Origin: Gemmatimonadota bacterium
GTDB taxonomy: Bacteria > Gemmatimonadota > Gemmatimonadetes > Gemmatimonadales > Gemmatimonadaceae
Length of the DNA: 42,946 bases
Direction of reading: 5' to 3'
Assembly: GCA_031372565.1 (NCBI GenBank)
Contig: JANMLN010000028.1
Span: 1 to 42,946 of the forward strand
Below are positions 9,310-17,349 of this stretch, one piece after another; the first letter of the stretch is position 1, and every line of letters starts with the position of its first letter. The notes under the pieces were generated by a model. The model ran no database searches and was not told the origin of the DNA. It saw only the letters and a program-made list of their open reading frames with translations. The position numbers and the translations under genes were made by a program.

Positions 9310-10770
9310 GTGCATCGCTCCATCACCCACTCGCTCGTTGTTCTCGTCGCGGCCGCCGCGCCGCTTGCCGCACAACTTCCCAAGCCGGCGGCGAACACGG
9401 CGCCGATGCTCACCGAACTCGACGCGCAAGCCGCGCGCTACGCCGGCATTGCCAAGCAGATCTGGGGCTTCGCCGAAGTCGGCTACATGGAGGAGAAGAG
9501 CTCGGCGCTTTTGCAGTCGGAACTCAAGGCGGCTGGCTTCAGCGTCAAGGCGGGGATCGTGGGTGAGCCCACGGCCTTCGTGGCCGAGTACGGCAGCGGG
9601 AAGCCGGTGATCGCCGTGCTGGGTGAGTTCGACGCGCTGCCGGGGTTGTCGCAGGACGCGACCCCCGAGAAGAAGGCGCTCAAGGTCGGCGGGCCGGGCC
9701 ACGGCTGCGGGCACCACCTGTTCGGCACCGCGAGCACCGCTGCTGCCATCGCCATCAAGCAGTGGATGATCGCGAACAACGTGAAGGGCACGTTGCGGAT
9801 GATCGGCACGCCGGCGGAAGAGGGTGGCGCGGGCAAGGTGTACATGGTGCGCGACGGCGTGTTCAACGATGTCGACGCCGTGGTCGTGTGGCACCCGGGC
9901 GACGAGAATGCGGTCGACGGGAGCCGCTCGATGGCCAACATCTCCGGCAAGTTCCGCTTTCACGGGCTGAGCGCGCACGCGGCCGCGAGCCCGGAGCGCG
10001 GCAAGTCGGCGCTCGACGCGGTGGAAGTCATGGACGTGATGACCAACTTCCTCCGCAAGCACATCCCGGATGGCAGCCGCATCCATTACGTGATCACCAA
10101 CGGTGGCAAGGCGCCCAACGTGGTGCCCGACGAAGCCGAGGTGTATTACGTGGTGCGTCACGTCGACATGAAGATCGTGAAGGACATCTGGAGCAAGGTG
10201 CTGAACGCGGCCAAGGGTGCGGCGATCGGCACCGGGACCACGTATGATCTGCAGCTCGTGGGGTCGGTGTATGCCACGTTGCCCAACGAAGTACTGGCGA
10301 AGGTGCAGCAGCGCGCGCTCGAGAAGGTGGGCGGGTACACGTTGACCGCCGACGAGCGTGCGTTCGCCGAGCAGCTTCAGAAGAGCGAAGCGTTCACGGC
10401 CGTGCCGCTCGACCGGACAGCCAAGATCCAGCCGCTGGTGATGAATGGCACCGGTGCGGGCAGCACGGATGTGGGCGACGTGAGCTGGGTCGTGCCGACC
10501 ATCCAGCTGTCGACCGCCACCTGGGTGCCGGGCACGGCAGCGCACTCGTGGCAGGCAGTGGCGGCGGGTGGCATGAGCATCGGCGCCAAGGGGATGATGA
10601 TCGCGGCCAAGACCATGGCGCTGACGGCAGCGGATCTGTTCGCGTCGCCCGTCACGATCACGGCGGCCAAGGCGGAGTTCGAGACGCGGCGCGGGCCCAA
10701 CTTCACATACGAGACTGCGCTCGGGAGCCAGAAGCCGCAGCTCGACTACCGAAAGGGGAGCGTGCCCTGA
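9310..10770 (+). CDS. Secreted M20D amidohydrolase (AbgB-like)
   Basis: EFDALPG, GHGCGHH, PAEEGG.GK, HAAASPERGKSALDA, GSTDVGDVSW, HSWQ. GTG start precedes a signal peptide. Confidence 0.88.
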   Translation: MHRSITHSLVVLVAAAAPLAAQLPKPAANTAPMLTELDAQAARYAGIAKQIWGFAEVGYMEEKSSALLQSELKAAGFSVKAGIVGEPTAFVAEYGSGKPVIAVLGEFDALPGLSQDATPEKKALKVGGPGHGCGHHLFGTASTAAAIAIKQWMIANNVKGTLRMIGTPAEEGGAGKVYMVRDGVFNDVDAVVVWHPGDENAVDGSRSMANISGKFRFHGLSAHAAASPERGKSALDAVEVMDVMTNFLRKHIPDGSRIHYVITNGGKAPNVVPDEAEVYYVVRHVDMKIVKDIWSKVLNAAKGAAIGTGTTYDLQLVGSVYATLPNEVLAKVQQRALEKVGGYTLTADERAFAEQLQKSEAFTAVPLDRTAKIQPLVMNGTGAGSTDVGDVSWVVPTIQLSTATWVPGTAAHSWQAVAAGGMSIGAKGMMIAAKTMALTAADLFASPVTITAAKAEFETRRGPNFTYETALGSQKPQLDYRKGSVP

Positions 10771-10835
10771 TCTCGTCCTGAGCGAGCTGTCGTCCTGAGC
10801 GAGCTGTCGTCCTGAGCGAAGCGAAGGACCTGCTT
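10771..10835 (+). repeat. REP-like element (10805-10835) preceded by two 17-bp tandem copies of its 5' half
   Basis: tctcgtcctgagcgagc tgtcgtcctgagcgagc tgtcgtcctgagcgaagcgaaggacctgctt. Confidence 0.9.
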
Positions 10836-10852
10836 TCCCCGCGCCCCCGCGA

Positions 10853-12181
10853 TTGTTGACCTCGCCTCCTGCCGCCCTTCCCACCCCTGACGCGCAGCTC
10901 CGGCGCGTCATCGGTCCCCGCACGATCGCGCTCAACGCGATGAACCTCACCATCGCCTCCGGGATCTTTGCGCTCCCGGCGGCGGTGGCGGCGATTGTCG
11001 GTGCCGCAGCGGTCTATGCGTACCTGATCTGTGGCGCCGCCATGGCGCTCGTGCTGCTCTGCTTCGCGGAGTTGGGCAGTACGACCACGCGTTCGGGTGG
11101 TGCGTACGCATACATCGAGCGCTCGTTCGGTCCGTTCTGGGCGTTCCTTGCCAGTGTGCTGCTCTGGTTCGGGTTCGGCGTCCTGAGCGATGCGGCGATT
11201 GCCGCGGCCATGGCCGATTCGATCGCGATGACCTTCCCCGTCTTCGCATCGCCGGTGCCGCGCGCGGCGCTGCTCATCACCTTCTTCGCCGTCATCCTCT
11301 CGGTCAACATCGCCGGCGCCAAGGAAGGGGCGCGCATGGCCGTTGTGCTCACGATCTGCAAGCTCGTGCCGCTCGGGATCCTCATCATGGCGTCGGTGCC
11401 GCACATCACGCGCGTCGCTGTGACGGGGGGCGGACTGCCGAGCATCGAGAAGCTGGGTCAGGCATCGCTGCTGCTGTTCTTCGCCTTTACCGGGCCGGAG
11501 TCGGCGCTTGCGCCGGGGGCGGAGTTCAAGGATCCTCGGCGCGACATTCCGCGCGGCATCATGCTCGGCTGCGCGGGTATCGTGCTGGTGTACCTGGGGG
11601 TGCACATCGCGGCGCAGAGCCTGCTGGGTGATGGACTGGCCGCCGCTGGCCCAACAGCGCTCAGCCAGGCCGCGCAGATCGCGCTGGGGCCCGTGGGCAA
11701 GACGATCCTGCTCGTGGGCGCGGTGATCAGCATGGCGGGCGCGGTCGCGGGTGATCAGCTGGCGATGCCGCGGTCGTTGTTCGCGACCGCTGTGGACGGG
11801 CACCTGCCCAAGCTCTTCGCCCACGTGCATCCGAGGTTCCGGACGCCGTGGGTGGCCATCCTGACGTATGGCCTGCTCACCTGCTTCTTTGCGCTCGTGG
11901 GCGGGTTCGCGGCACTTGCGGCGCTGGCGAGTGCGGGGCTGCTGCTGGTGTACTTCGGCGTGTGCCTGGCGGTGCTGCGCGAACGGGCGCGTGCTCGTGT
12001 GCGCGAGGGCCCGAGCATCGATGGCTTCCGGATTCCCGGCGGGCCGACGGTGCCGGTGCTGGGGATGGTGCTCGTGGCAGCGCTGCTCGCGAATGCGAAG
12101 GCGGAGGAGTGGGCGCCACTCGGCGGGCTACTCGGTGTCGCGGCGGTGTACTACGTGGTGCGCCATCGGTTGTCGGCGTGA
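10853..12181 (+). CDS. APC family amino acid permease
   Basis: About 12 hydrophobic segments, with IASGIF.LP, FAEL.S...RSGGAY.Y, FAFTG.E and HPRFRTP. TTG start is approximate. Confidence 0.9.
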   Translation: MLTSPPAALPTPDAQLRRVIGPRTIALNAMNLTIASGIFALPAAVAAIVGAAAVYAYLICGAAMALVLLCFAELGSTTTRSGGAYAYIERSFGPFWAFLASVLLWFGFGVLSDAAIAAAMADSIAMTFPVFASPVPRAALLITFFAVILSVNIAGAKEGARMAVVLTICKLVPLGILIMASVPHITRVAVTGGGLPSIEKLGQASLLLFFAFTGPESALAPGAEFKDPRRDIPRGIMLGCAGIVLVYLGVHIAAQSLLGDGLAAAGPTALSQAAQIALGPVGKTILLVGAVISMAGAVAGDQLAMPRSLFATAVDGHLPKLFAHVHPRFRTPWVAILTYGLLTCFFALVGGFAALAALASAGLLLVYFGVCLAVLRERARARVREGPSIDGFRIPGGPTVPVLGMVLVAALLANAKAEEWAPLGGLLGVAAVYYVVRHRLSA

Positions 12182-12187
12182 GCCAAG

Positions 12188-12218
12188 TGTCATCCTGAGC
12201 GAAGCGAAGGATCTGCTT
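12188..12218 (+). repeat. REP-like element
   Basis: tgtcatcctgagcgaagcgaaggatctgctt. Confidence 0.9.
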
Positions 12219-12773
12219 GTGCCCCAACGCCACGCGCTGACACTCGCCACGCTCGTCATCCTGGCGTTATCGGTCACCGCGCCGCTCCTGGCGCAACCCC
12301 CCCGCTGCGGCGTCCAACGCTGGCCCGTCAAGATCGTCACCGACGACGACAGCGCCCGCGTGGACCTCACTCCGCGCGACACGACCGTCGCGGCGCTCGC
12401 CGCGATGCCACGCCCGGCCGGACCATTCCCGCAGCGGGCCCGTGTGACGCCGGAGGAACTCGTCACATGGCGCGTGCGCGCGATCCTCTGGGAGGTGCGC
12501 GTCGAGCCAGACGGGGATTTGCATCTTGTGCTGGCCGACCCATCCAATACGAGTGTGCGCATGATCGCAGAGCTTCCGGACTCCAACTGCGCCCTCGGGT
12601 CACGGCATGCCGCCACGTTTGCGGAAGTGAACCGTCAGCTCCGGCGTGTTGGTCGGCGGAAGCTGGTGACGATCACTGGTGTGGCGTTCTTTGATCGGCC
12701 GCACGGGCAGCGGGGGGCGGCACCGAACAACATCGAGTTGCATCCGGTGTTGAGGGTGGAGGTGGTGCGGTGA
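12219..12773 (+). CDS. Small secreted hypothetical protein (possible OB-fold, two Cys)
   Basis: GTG lies 7 nt after an AAGGA inside the repeat. Signal peptide ending LLA-QP, followed by CGVQRWPVK, DGDLHLVL, MIAE and HGQRGAAPNNIELHPV. Confidence 0.7.
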   Translation: MPQRHALTLATLVILALSVTAPLLAQPPRCGVQRWPVKIVTDDDSARVDLTPRDTTVAALAAMPRPAGPFPQRARVTPEELVTWRVRAILWEVRVEPDGDLHLVLADPSNTSVRMIAELPDSNCALGSRHAATFAEVNRQLRRVGRRKLVTITGVAFFDRPHGQRGAAPNNIELHPVLRVEVVR

Positions 12774-12783
12774 GGGACTGCAG

Positions 12784-12814
12784 AAGCAGGTCCTTCGCTT
12801 CGCTCAGGACGACA
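12784..12814 (-). repeat. REP-like element, inverted relative to 12188-12218
   Basis: aagcaggtccttcgcttcgctcaggacgaca. Confidence 0.9.
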
Positions 12815-12818
12815 GAAG

Positions 12819-12856
12819 CTCAGGTTGACGGGGGCTCAGGTTGACGGGGGCTCAGG
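12819..12856. repeat. 16-bp tandem repeat (ctcaggttgacggggg x2 + ctcagg)
   Basis: Lies between the REP copy and the acyltransferase stop codon. Confidence 0.85.
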
Positions 12857-13895
12857 CGGACAGTCGGCGGCCGAGTTCGATGCCGGGCTTCTCGATCAGT
12901 CGATAGCTCACCGCGCACACGATCACGAGCGCGCTTGCGAACACGAGCGCGCTCACCGGCGCACCGAGCGCTCGGCCGCGCTGGAACGCGAGCCACAACA
13001 GCGGAACGTGGAACAGGTAGACGCCGTAGCTGTGCAGCGCCACCTGCTCCGACGCGCGCGCCAGCCAGCCAGTCGGCAAATCTGGGAGCTTCGGCACGAC
13101 GAGCCCGAGCCCGAGGCAGAACACCCACCACTTCACGATGCCCTCGTCCCATGGGCGGATCACCACAAAGCCGATGAGCAGCGCCGCCGCGGCGCCGATC
13201 GAGACGGCCCACGACCAGCGCGCGCGCGTGGGCGATGCTCGGCACAGGGCCCAGGCCAACACTCCCGCGGCAAAGCACGGCGCAAAACGCAACGCGGTGA
13301 CCACGGCCAACCCCGACCACGGCCGCGCGCGCACCAGCACGGCGATCGGAATGGTGACGACCAGCATGATCACCGCACCCCGCACCCCTCGGCGCGCGAC
13401 CGCGAACGCCACCGGCAAGAGCAGGTAGAGCTGCATCTCGATCGGTAGCGTCCACAAGACACTGATCAGGTGCGGGGCGTTCGGTACGACGTTCTGCACG
13501 AGCGCCAGGTTCGCCAGCAGCGTGCGCGTGTCCGGCGCAGCAAACACGGACGGTGTCGCCAATCGGCCGGCCGATGCCGGGATTCCGATGGCGACCACCG
13601 CCAGAATGGCGACGATCGCCAACGGATAGATCCGCAGGGCGCGCCGCAGCATGAAGGTGGCCGTGCGCGATGCCGTACTGCCGGGCGGCATGCGCTCGAG
13701 CGATGCCATCAGCACCGCCGCCGTGTGGACGAAGAAGATCGCGACCCCCGCGTGCCCAACGGCGGTGAGCGGGACGCGCAGCACGGTCGGTCCCCAAAGC
13801 CCAAGCGCGTGGTCCGCTACCACACAGGTGACGGCAACCACGCGCAGGAGATTCAGGCTTGCCTCGGGCAAGCCCGAGGCGGGACGATCGGTCAC
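12852..13895 (-). CDS. Acyltransferase-3 (OafA/YrhL-like) membrane O-acyltransferase
   Basis: LNLLRVVA...DH, GVAIFFV, FMLRRALRIYP, LWTLPIEMQ.Y, SYGVYLFH, SYRLIEKP. The GTG start overlaps the upstream TGA. Confidence 0.88.
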   Translation of the reverse strand: MTDRPASGLPEASLNLLRVVAVTCVVADHALGLWGPTVLRVPLTAVGHAGVAIFFVHTAAVLMASLERMPPGSTASRTATFMLRRALRIYPLAIVAILAVVAIGIPASAGRLATPSVFAAPDTRTLLANLALVQNVVPNAPHLISVLWTLPIEMQLYLLLPVAFAVARRGVRGAVIMLVVTIPIAVLVRARPWSGLAVVTALRFAPCFAAGVLAWALCRASPTRARWSWAVSIGAAAALLIGFVVIRPWDEGIVKWWVFCLGLGLVVPKLPDLPTGWLARASEQVALHSYGVYLFHVPLLWLAFQRGRALGAPVSALVFASALVIVCAVSYRLIEKPGIELGRRLSA

Positions 13896-15622
13896 GGCAC
13901 CACTTTCGGCGCCGGGGTCCTGAGCGAGTCCGGCACGTTGGGATAGGGAATCCCGAGCTGCTCCAGATACGACGCGTACTTCTTCGGATCGTAGTAGTAC
14001 TTCCGCATCTCGTCGCGGTACTTCGCCATGATGTTCGCGTTCAGGTACGTCGGCGGCTGATCGGTCGGCGAGATGAACGGCTTGTACTTGATCGTCCTGG
14101 TCTGCACGTCGTTGAAGTAGGTCCACGCATCCTTTACGAGCTGCGGCTTGAGCAGCAGGTCGATCATCGTCATCGCGTGCACCTTGGCACCGGCTGCGGC
14201 TCCCTTGTGCGAGATCGGCGTGCCCATCGCGATCCCGTCGGCCCAGTTGTGCCCGGGAGTGCCGGGAATGTTGCTCGGGAAGCCGAGGAAGATCGTCGGC
14301 ACGTTCCAGCTGATGTCGCCCACATCATCCGAACCGGTGCCGCCACCCGACGCGAACGCGGCCATCAACTGCGGTGTCATGAGCGGCGATGGCTTGCTGG
14401 CGAGCCCCGAGTCCGGCTGACCGAGCATGCGCTGCACGCCCTTGGCCAGGGTCTGGTCCTTGTCGTCCCACGCCGGCATTCCCACCTGCTTGATGTTCTC
14501 GTAGCTCGCTTCCGCGACGGGCTTGCTCAGGTACGGCGCCCACCCCGAGCCGATCATCACGACCGTGTCGAGCTTGGTGTCGGTCATAAGCGCCGCTCCC
14601 GCCGCGATCCGCTTGGCCGCGTCGAACAACGCCATCGTCCGCTCGTAGTCCTTCTCGCGGAAGTAGAACCAGATGCTCGCGGTGCTCGGCACCACGTTGG
14701 GCTGGTCGCCGCCGTCCTTGATCACGTAATGACTCTTCTGCGAGAGCTCGAGGTGCTCGCGCTTGTACTCCCACCCCATGCCCATGAGCATGGCGGCATC
14801 GAGCGCGCTCTTGCCGCGCCACGGCGCGCCCGCCGCATGCGCACTCTGCCCCTTGAACCTGAACTCGGCGCTGATCAACGCGACGAACGGCGATGGGCCG
14901 TACATCATCATGAAGTTGGAGCCGACGTGGCTGTACAGCGTCACGTCCACGTCCTTGAAAACCCCGGCGCGCACCAGGAACGCCTTGCCCGCCATCTGCT
15001 CTTCGGCGATCCCGGTCCAGAGCACGAGCGTGCCCGGCATCTTCTCGCGCTCCATGATCTTCTTGACCACGAGCGCGGCCACGATGTTCACCGCCTGGCC
15101 CGCGTTGTGCCCTTCGCCATGGCCGGGGGCACCGGTCACGACCCATTCACGCGCTGCCGTGGCCGGCTTCTGTGATGATTGCGGAATGCCGTCCAGGTCG
15201 GCGCCGAGCGAGATGACGGGTTTGCCGGCGCCCCACCGCGCGACCCAGGCCGTGGGGAGTCCGCCCACGCCGCGATCCACCTTGAACCCGTTCTTCTCGA
15301 GCAGGTCGGCGGTGAACTTCGACGACTCGAACTCCTGCATGCCGAGCTCGCCGTAGCTGAACAGCTGGTCGACGATCTCCTGCACCATCTTCGACTTGCC
15401 GTCGACCTCGCGGATGACCTCGGCTTTGAGGCGCGCGATGCGGGCTGAGTCGGGGGCGACTTGCGCGCGCGCGGCGCCGGGGAGGAGCAATGCGAGTATC
15501 AAGAGGAGTGCCGACAAGCCGTTTCTTGCCCCCCTGTCGTCCTGAGCGAAGCGAAGGACCTGCTTCTCGCAGTTGATCTTGCTGTTGATCTTGCAGTTGA
15601 TCCTACCGCCGACCTCCCTCAC
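13892..15622 (-). CDS. Secreted M20D amidohydrolase (AbgB-like), tandem paralogue 3
   Basis: PGHGEGHN, AEEQ, HAAGAPWRGKSALDA, GGDQPNVVP, GSDDVGD. The GTG start is coupled to the upstream stop. Alternative TTG start at 15517. Confidence 0.88.
   Translation of the reverse strand: MREVGGRINCKINSKINCEKQVLRFAQDDRGARNGLSALLLILALLLPGAARAQVAPDSARIARLKAEVIREVDGKSKMVQEIVDQLFSYGELGMQEFESSKFTADLLEKNGFKVDRGVGGLPTAWVARWGAGKPVISLGADLDGIPQSSQKPATAAREWVVTGAPGHGEGHNAGQAVNIVAALVVKKIMEREKMPGTLVLWTGIAEEQMAGKAFLVRAGVFKDVDVTLYSHVGSNFMMMYGPSPFVALISAEFRFKGQSAHAAGAPWRGKSALDAAMLMGMGWEYKREHLELSQKSHYVIKDGGDQPNVVPSTASIWFYFREKDYERTMALFDAAKRIAAGAALMTDTKLDTVVMIGSGWAPYLSKPVAEASYENIKQVGMPAWDDKDQTLAKGVQRMLGQPDSGLASKPSPLMTPQLMAAFASGGGTGSDDVGDISWNVPTIFLGFPSNIPGTPGHNWADGIAMGTPISHKGAAAGAKVHAMTMIDLLLKPQLVKDAWTYFNDVQTRTIKYKPFISPTDQPPTYLNANIMAKYRDEMRKYYYDPKKYASYLEQLGIPYPNVPDSLRTPAPKVVP
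15535..15604 (+). repeat. REP-like element (15535-15565) plus 3x12-bp repeat gcwgttgatcyt (15569-15604), inside the 5' end of the 13892-15622 ORF
   Basis: Read directly. On the minus strand it translates as RINCKINSKINCEKQVLRFAQDD. Confidence 0.9.
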
Positions 15623-17349
15623 GGCACCACCTTCGCCGCCTTCGTCTCCCGCGTCGTCGGATACTGGATCCCCAACTGCTCCATGTAGCTCGCGTACTTC
15701 TTCGGGTCGTAGTAGAACGGCCGCATCAACTCCCGGTACTTCGCCATGATGTCCGCGTTCAAGAACGTGCTCGGCTCATCCGAATCCGCCAGCAGCGACA
15801 CGTACTTCTTGTCCTTCGTCTGCACATTCACGAAGTAGTCGCGGGCGTCGCTCACGAGCTTGGGCGTCAGCAGGATGTCGAGCAGCGTCGTCGCCTGCAC
15901 CTTGGCCCCCGCCACCGCTCCCTTGTGCGCGAGCGGCGTTGCCATCGCGATGCCATCTACCCAGTTGTGCCCCGGCGTCCCCGGAATGTTGCTCGGGAAG
16001 CTGAGCGTCACGTTCGGCACGTTCCACGACACGTCACCGATGTCGTCCGAACCCATGCCCGTCGCCTCGCGCAGCGCCGCCTCGGGTGTCTTCTGCACCG
16101 AGGGCACGAGCTTGAGCCCCGAGTCGGGCTGCCCCATTTCGGTCTGCACCGCGCGCGCGAACTGCTGGTCCTTGGCGTCCCACTTGGGCATGCCCACCGA
16201 CTTGATGTTCTCGTACATCGCCAGCGCGATCGGCTTGTTCTGGTGGATGTCCCACGCCGTGCCGAAGATGCGCGCCCCTTCGAACTTCGTATCCGTCATC
16301 AGCGCGGCCCCTTCGGCCATCCGCTTGGCGGCCTCGAAGTTCTCCTTCACGCGCGCGGCATCCCGCTCGCGGAAGTAGAACCAGATGCTCGCCGTGCTCG
16401 GCACCACGTTCGGCTGGTCGCCACCGTCGCGGATCACGTAGTGTGACCGCTGCTGCAGCGGCAGGTGCTCGCGCTTGAACTCCCAGCTGTTGGCCAGGAG
16501 CATCACCGCGTCGAGTGCACTCTTGCCGCGCCACGGCGCACCGGCCGCGTGCGCACTCTGCCCCTTGAACCGGAACTCGGCGCTGATCAACGCCAGCGAC
16601 GGCTCGGCGCCATAGCCCACGTACAGGTCATCGCCCACATGCGTGAACAGGTTCACGTCCACGTCCTTGAACATCCCTGCGCGCACGAAGAACGCCTTGG
16701 TGCCCAACTGCTCTTCGGCCACGCCCGGCCAGAGCATGAGCGTGCCGGACATCTTCTCGCGCGTCATGATCTCCTTGACCACGAGCGCGGCGGCGATGTT
16801 CACCGCCTGGCCGGAGTTGTGCCCTTCGCCATGTCCCGGGGCACCGCCCACGATCGTGTCGCGGTAGGCCACCCCCGGCTTCTGGTTCGACTTGGGGATG
16901 CCGTCGATGTCGGAGCCGAGCGCGATGACCGGCTTGCCCGACCCCCAGCGCGCGGTCCATGCCGTGGGAATGCCGGCGACGCCGCGCACCACGGTGAACC
17001 CGTTCTTCTCGAGCAGGCCGGTCAGGAACTTGGACGTCTCGACTTCCTGCATGCCGAGCTCGCCGTACGAGAAGAGCTGGTCGACGATCTCCTGAATCTG
17101 CTTGGCGCGACCGTCGATCTTGGTGAGCGCTTCGGCCTTGAGGCGCGCAAGGCGCGGGTCGGGGGTCTGCGCGCGCGCGGGGGCGGCGATGGTCAGGGCC
17201 ATCGCGAGACTAAAAACGGAGAAGCAGATCCCTCGCTTCGCTCGGGATGACAAGGGCTTCGTTTGGGCTTCGTTGTCGTCCTGAGCGAAGCGAAGGACCT
17301 GCTTATAGCCGTTGATCTTGCTCTTAATCATGCTCTTGATCTCCCTCAC
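15619..17349 (-). CDS. Secreted M20D amidohydrolase (AbgB-like), tandem paralogue 2
   Basis: Same motifs as its neighbours. GTGA-coupled start, with an alternative ATG at 17202. Confidence 0.88.
   Translation of the reverse strand: MREIKSMIKSKINGYKQVLRFAQDDNEAQTKPLSSRAKRGICFSVFSLAMALTIAAPARAQTPDPRLARLKAEALTKIDGRAKQIQEIVDQLFSYGELGMQEVETSKFLTGLLEKNGFTVVRGVAGIPTAWTARWGSGKPVIALGSDIDGIPKSNQKPGVAYRDTIVGGAPGHGEGHNSGQAVNIAAALVVKEIMTREKMSGTLMLWPGVAEEQLGTKAFFVRAGMFKDVDVNLFTHVGDDLYVGYGAEPSLALISAEFRFKGQSAHAAGAPWRGKSALDAVMLLANSWEFKREHLPLQQRSHYVIRDGGDQPNVVPSTASIWFYFRERDAARVKENFEAAKRMAEGAALMTDTKFEGARIFGTAWDIHQNKPIALAMYENIKSVGMPKWDAKDQQFARAVQTEMGQPDSGLKLVPSVQKTPEAALREATGMGSDDIGDVSWNVPNVTLSFPSNIPGTPGHNWVDGIAMATPLAHKGAVAGAKVQATTLLDILLTPKLVSDARDYFVNVQTKDKKYVSLLADSDEPSTFLNADIMAKYRELMRPFYYDPKKYASYMEQLGIQYPTTRETKAAKVVP
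17222..17343. repeat. Inverted REP-like doublet (17222-17252 / 17274-17304) plus degenerate 3x12-bp repeat (17308-17343), inside the 5' end of the 15619-17349 ORF
   Basis: aagcagatccctcgcttcgctcgggatgaca-N21-tgtcgtcctgagcgaagcgaaggacctgctt. Confidence 0.9.

Noticed and set aside
9019..10953. Long antisense or alternate-frame ORFs (also 21443-23374, 32614-34650, 35880-37403, 38318-39967 and others)
   Set aside because: Shadows of well-supported genes in high-GC DNA. They are Arg/Ala/His-rich with no recognisable motifs.
13896..14126. N-terminal extension of the acyltransferase ORF
   Set aside because: It overlaps the amidohydrolase in another frame. The GTGA-coupled start at 13895 fits the family length.
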